A stretch of DNA of 64,000 bases from an uncultured Poribacteria bacterium (GTDB lineage Bacteria; Poribacteria; WGA-4E; PCPOR2b): contig OY282444.1 of assembly GCA_958296125.1 (NCBI GenBank), positions 4,633,266-4,697,265 of the forward strand, in the 5' to 3' direction. The notes below the pieces were generated by a model, which saw only the letters and a program-made list of their open reading frames with translations, was not told where the DNA came from and made no database searches. Below are positions 60,071 through 64,000 of this stretch, piece by piece. The translations under genes and the position numbers were made by a program. The first letter of the stretch is position 1. Each line of letters starts with the position of its first letter.

Positions 60071-61108
60071 ATGACAAATCAGCCAATCAAACTTGGTGTC
60101 GTAGGCTGTGGTTTTACAGGCAGACAAACGATTTTCGCGACCACTGCAATGGCGCGCATGACCACCGTTGCGCTAGCAGACCTCGACCCCACTCGGCGTG
60201 AAGAGGTCGCCGAAGAATACTCTGTAGCACGCGCCTATACCGATTACCGAGAGATTCTTGAAGACAGCGACATTGACGCAGTATATCTCGGCACTGCCCC
60301 CGATGTCCGTCTGCCAATGGTGCTTGAGACACTCGCTGCGGGTAAGCATGTGCTGGTCCAGAAGCCTCATGCGATTCGGGCAAACGAGATTACGGAGATG
60401 GCGGATGCAGCAAAAGCGGCAGATAAGACGCTGCAATTCTGTTATTTCATGCGCCACTTCCCAAACAATCGTCAGATTCGCCGCGCGGTGCTTAGTGGTA
60501 AAATTGGCAATCCATACCACGCTCGGATCTTTGGAAAATACAATCATATCCCACCCCTGAGCGACAACTCCCGTTGGCTGCATATCTACGGTCAGAAAGG
60601 GGGATCGTTAGGGCAGCACTATTCCCATGAGTTGGATCTGGCGTGGTGGTGGATGGGGTGCCCGAAGCCGGAATGGGCGTTTGGTGCCAAGCATGTGGTT
60701 TATCCGGCATACGATGGGCCGGAAGGGGCCGCTGACGATTACTTCACTGGGCTCGTTGGCTTGGAAGGAGGGAAAACTATTCAGATCGATTGCTCCCGAA
60801 TGGTGCATACCCACACGCCAACTGTCATTGAGCTTTACGGCAGCACCGGGGCAATCACAGGTGGGGCGATTTCCAGACATATAGAGGGCGAGTTTATTCG
60901 GGAGGAGATTGATGAACCGCTAGATATAAAACACAGTGAACCCCCTGAACCCCGACCTGTCTTCTTTTACGAAATTGAGCATTTCGCAATGGCAATCGCC
61001 GGTGAGGTTGATCCGGATGTCTCTGCTGCAGATGCCTATACATTCATGAAAATCCTCGATGCCCTTTACGATAGTGCCAAAGCGGGCGTGAAAATTTCAA
61101 TTAAGTAG
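60071..61108 (+). CDS. Gfo/Idh/MocA family NAD(P)-dependent oxidoreductase
   Basis: N-terminal Rossmann motif (LGVVGCGFTGRQ), EKP-like motif (VQKP). Confidence 0.85.
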   Translation: MTNQPIKLGVVGCGFTGRQTIFATTAMARMTTVALADLDPTRREEVAEEYSVARAYTDYREILEDSDIDAVYLGTAPDVRLPMVLETLAAGKHVLVQKPHAIRANEITEMADAAKAADKTLQFCYFMRHFPNNRQIRRAVLSGKIGNPYHARIFGKYNHIPPLSDNSRWLHIYGQKGGSLGQHYSHELDLAWWWMGCPKPEWAFGAKHVVYPAYDGPEGAADDYFTGLVGLEGGKTIQIDCSRMVHTHTPTVIELYGSTGAITGGAISRHIEGEFIREEIDEPLDIKHSEPPEPRPVFFYEIEHFAMAIAGEVDPDVSAADAYTFMKILDALYDSAKAGVKISIK

Positions 61109-61126
61109 ATTCAAAAGGAGGTTATT

Positions 61127-62074
61127 ATGTCCAAACGCAAAGTGTTGATTGCAAGACGTGAAGATCCTGAAGTTGAAGCGATACTCAAAGATGCTCCATC
61201 AGAGGTGGATATTCAGTTCCTAGCATCGGGCGAGGCGGTGGGCGATCATGTCGCGGATGCCGAGATTATCTACGGCGGAATCCGTGAAGCAGATCTTCCC
61301 AAAGCTGAATCGTTACGCTGGGTACAGCAACCTTCAGCAGGTGTCGAAGGGACGATGTACCCTGCCTTCAAAGCTAGCGACGTAATCCTGACCAACTGTC
61401 AGAAACTATACGGTCTTCAGATTTCTGAGCACGCCTTCGCGCTCCTACTTTCCCTGACCCGTAGCATTCCGACACAGCTAGAATTTATGAAAGAAAAACA
61501 TTGGGAGCGCGTCCCGTGCATCGAATTGGCAGGGATGACCATGGGAATTTTGGGGCTTGGTGGTATTGGTCGAGCGATTGCGGTGCGAGCAAAGGCATTT
61601 GAGTTTAATGTTATTGCAGTTGATCCGGAGCGGATGGATAAACCGGATTGTGTCGATGCGCTTGGCACGCTGGATTGGCTTTCGGAATTTATGACACAAT
61701 CGAATGTCGTGATGGTCTGCTGTCCAAGCACCCCTCAAACCCATAAACTTCTATCGCATGAACAGTTTAATCTTCTGCCGGATGGAAGCTATCTTGTCAA
61801 TGTCAGCCGAGGTAAAGTCATTGATGAAGATGCTCTGATTGCGGCCCTCCGCAGCGGCAAGCTCGCTGGCGCGGGATTGGATGTGACTTACACCGAACCG
61901 TGTCCGCCGGATAGCCCGCTATGGATAGAACCGAATGTGATTTTGACCTCCCACAGTGCAGGCGCATCGCAGCGTATGCGGGCGCGTGCGATGCGCCTAT
62001 TTGTCGATAATCTGCATCGCTACATCAAAGGCGAACCTTTGGTCAATCTCGTGGATAAGCAGAAGGGATATTGA
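61127..62074 (+). CDS. D-isomer-specific 2-hydroxyacid dehydrogenase (NAD-binding)
   Basis: GILGLGGIGRAIA NAD motif. Catalytic R/E/H-type residues in the C-terminal half (SHSAG). Confidence 0.9.
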   Translation: MSKRKVLIARREDPEVEAILKDAPSEVDIQFLASGEAVGDHVADAEIIYGGIREADLPKAESLRWVQQPSAGVEGTMYPAFKASDVILTNCQKLYGLQISEHAFALLLSLTRSIPTQLEFMKEKHWERVPCIELAGMTMGILGLGGIGRAIAVRAKAFEFNVIAVDPERMDKPDCVDALGTLDWLSEFMTQSNVVMVCCPSTPQTHKLLSHEQFNLLPDGSYLVNVSRGKVIDEDALIAALRSGKLAGAGLDVTYTEPCPPDSPLWIEPNVILTSHSAGASQRMRARAMRLFVDNLHRYIKGEPLVNLVDKQKGY

Positions 62075-62296
62075 AAGGAAGCTAAGTGCACTGACAGCGG
62101 CGCAATGTAAGCTAGCAAAATAGTGATAGATCTTACGATAGAATCGTGCTATAATCAGTCATCATAGAATCGTAGATTTTATAGGGTTTCGCGTATGATT
62201 CATGGGCGCGCCTTATGAAATTCGCGATTCTTATACCAACGCGACTATAAAGCCGTCACTACAACAGGAACGAACTAAAAGAGAGGAGTTTTTATT

Positions 62297-63013
62297 ATGC
62301 GATGTGTCTTTGTCGGTATTGAATATGCTGGAAAATCGACCCTAATCAAGCTGCTAGACGCCTATTATCGACAGCGCAGACTACCCGTCCACGGAGACGA
62401 CCATTTTACTTTGCCGGATGCCTCTTTGAGTCCAGAATCACGAGCGTTGATGGTCAATTTTCCCGATGATGTTAAAGAACGCTCGCAACGGATGCAGATT
62501 CAGTATCATATTGAAGTCATCAGGAATTATCCGAACACCCTGATTGCGGGCTGGCATATCGAAGAAGCGGTCTACTCAGACATGTATGGCGACGATCCGG
62601 ACAACCCCTACTATAAGAATTACTCATATTCAGCACAACGGATTTACGAGGCGCAGGTGTTTGAAGCCCGCTTGCCCAATGTGGTCTTGATTCATGTAAC
62701 CGCCAGTGATGAGGCAATCCGGGAGCGGATGCAGGCAGACCCACACGATTACCAGATTATCAAAGCGGGAGATATCACGGAGGTCAAACGGCGTTTTGAG
62801 GAAGAGATTGAAAAATCGCTCTTTACCCAGAAGGGACGCAGGATTGTGGTTGACACCACAGGGAAAACGCCTCAAGAATCTTTGGATGACTTGCTCATGC
62901 TTTCGGAACCCTTGATTACCCAAGAGGAGCTGGCCATCCGTGCTATACCCGTGCCTAAAGGCGACTATGAGGTTCGGTATGAAAACGGTGTCCGAAAGAT
63001 GATTCCGGTATAA
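62297..63013 (+). CDS. P-loop NTPase, hypothetical (kinase-like)
   Basis: Walker A GIEYAGKST at the N-terminus. Followed by a rho-independent terminator. Confidence 0.45.
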   Translation: MRCVFVGIEYAGKSTLIKLLDAYYRQRRLPVHGDDHFTLPDASLSPESRALMVNFPDDVKERSQRMQIQYHIEVIRNYPNTLIAGWHIEEAVYSDMYGDDPDNPYYKNYSYSAQRIYEAQVFEARLPNVVLIHVTASDEAIRERMQADPHDYQIIKAGDITEVKRRFEEEIEKSLFTQKGRRIVVDTTGKTPQESLDDLLMLSEPLITQEELAIRAIPVPKGDYEVRYENGVRKMIPV

Positions 63014-63101
63014 TAGCCGAAGTTGCTAGGTATGTCTGAATCAGGATGCTCAGGATTTAAGGATTGACGTTGTTCCCTACGATTTCCAATCGCAGCATCG
63101 G

Positions 63102-63145
63102 GGCGGTATCATACCTGTGAAAAAGGGCGTGATACCGCTTTTTGT
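63102..63145 (+). terminator. Rho-independent terminator after the P-loop NTPase gene
   Basis: gcggtatca...tgataccgc 9-bp stem followed by TTTTT. Confidence 0.75.
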
Positions 63146-63456
63146 ATTGCCTTAAGACTTGCTCCTATCGTGTCAAGACCACATTATCCACCTCATCACG
63201 GGTAGACGGTGCACTGTGCTTCCGCCCCCTCGTCCTCATCTTCGGGGCTTTACCGGGGTTTTTAGCTTTGTAATTCGCCTTAACAGTTTGATAGCTATCG
63301 GCAAGAGCTTTGTCAATATCTATTTCTGATAACCCTGTTATCCCTTGTGAATCTAGGAAATCGTTTTTTCTGGGACTTTCATGGGGTCTCCTTCTTTGCT
63401 TTGGTTCGGTCAGTAGAGACAGCTCGCCCCGCTGTTTCCATTGATTATTATCCGGG

Positions 63457-63999
63457 CTATAAACAGGTCAATTCCTCACGAATTTCGCTTTCTTGTTCCT
63501 CACCTACCCCCACCCCAAGCTGCTTCGTCTCATCGACAATCTGACGCGCTTCCGCCATCTGCTCATGGGCTTCCGGCTTCGTGGGGCTGTAGCGGGCAAA
63601 CTTGACCAGATCACAGTTAGTGAAAAATTGCCGCACTACATCTTTCGGAATATTTTCGGGCTGCAAACGGTCAAGTAGTTCTTGGGTGGTCAGTTCAAGC
63701 GCAGGAATATGATATCGTGCAGCGATATACTGACGGATAACATGAGAGATTTCCGTGTGGTAGACTTTCATTTCGCCTTGTGCCACCCAGTTCATTCCCT
63801 CAATTCGGTTTAGTTGCTCATAAGCAATTTCGTGAGGCTGACGTTGGGGCACTACTTCAGACGGTAGATCTATGGATTTAACCCGCTTGCGGAGATAAAC
63901 AAAAATAATCGCACCGATGACTACAATTACTAAAAGCAGCACCAAAATGTAAAGAGACCAATTCGGGGGGGCGGGCAAGGGTCCCTTGATTTCTTTCAT
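63457..63999 (-). CDS. Hypothetical membrane-anchored protein
   Basis: Complete ORF (ATG at 63997-63999) with an N-terminal TM helix (LYILVLLLVIVVIGAIIFVYL). Confidence 0.45.
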   Translation of the reverse strand: MKEIKGPLPAPPNWSLYILVLLLVIVVIGAIIFVYLRKRVKSIDLPSEVVPQRQPHEIAYEQLNRIEGMNWVAQGEMKVYHTEISHVIRQYIAARYHIPALELTTQELLDRLQPENIPKDVVRQFFTNCDLVKFARYSPTKPEAHEQMAEARQIVDETKQLGVGVGEEQESEIREELTCL

Positions 64000-64000
64000 C

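Noticed and set aside
1-64000. CRISPR arrays, tRNA, rRNA and tmRNA
   Set aside because: No regularly spaced direct repeats were found. No tRNA-like T-arm/acceptor patterns (GGTTCGAAT-type) were seen in the larger intergenic regions (1-390, 22488-22728, 47087-47313, 62075-62296, 63014-63456).

Overview
This 64-kb window from a Gram-negative-type bacterium (Tat signals and lipoproteins are present) has about 54 protein genes and no rRNA, tRNA or CRISPR detectable by eye. Most of it is housekeeping on the minus strand. Named blocks include a four-gene cytochrome bc-type operon (Rieske, split cytochrome b6, subunit IV, an octaheme cytochrome c with a long coiled-coil N-terminus), a uronate/sugar-acid cluster, TrkA/TrkH, the glycine-cleavage operon gcvT-H-P, and the classical rimP-nusA-ylxR-infB-rbfA-truB-ribF-rpsO-pnp operon. 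Other calls are two ECF sigma factors (one with an anti-sigma partner), a sensor kinase, RecQ, a sulfatase, CysC, a GT2 plus radical-SAM/SPASM pair, and a GT4/oxidoreductase cluster. The accessory content is the interesting part. There are two AT-rich orphan type I specificity (hsdS) genes with no hsdM or hsdR in the window. One sits between two sugar-acid dehydratase genes, the other between two paralogous PhyH-family 2OG dioxygenase genes. A complete AT-rich type II R-M operon (MTase plus a putative PD-(D/E)XK endonuclease) lies immediately upstream of the gcv operon. Two small repeat families co-localize with the hsdS loci. One is a roughly 70-90-bp MITE-like element with GGCTCATGTTAAG terminal inverted repeats (three copies). 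The other is a GGAAC-containing palindromic unit, CCCCGTTCCGAG, present intergenically, flanking hsdS1, and embedded in-frame inside hsdS1. The most speculative but most interesting candidate is the PhyH1-HsdS-PhyH2 module, which could be a sequence-targeted dioxygenase system with M2S1-like logic. A secreted EEP-nuclease/cyclophilin fusion is also notable.
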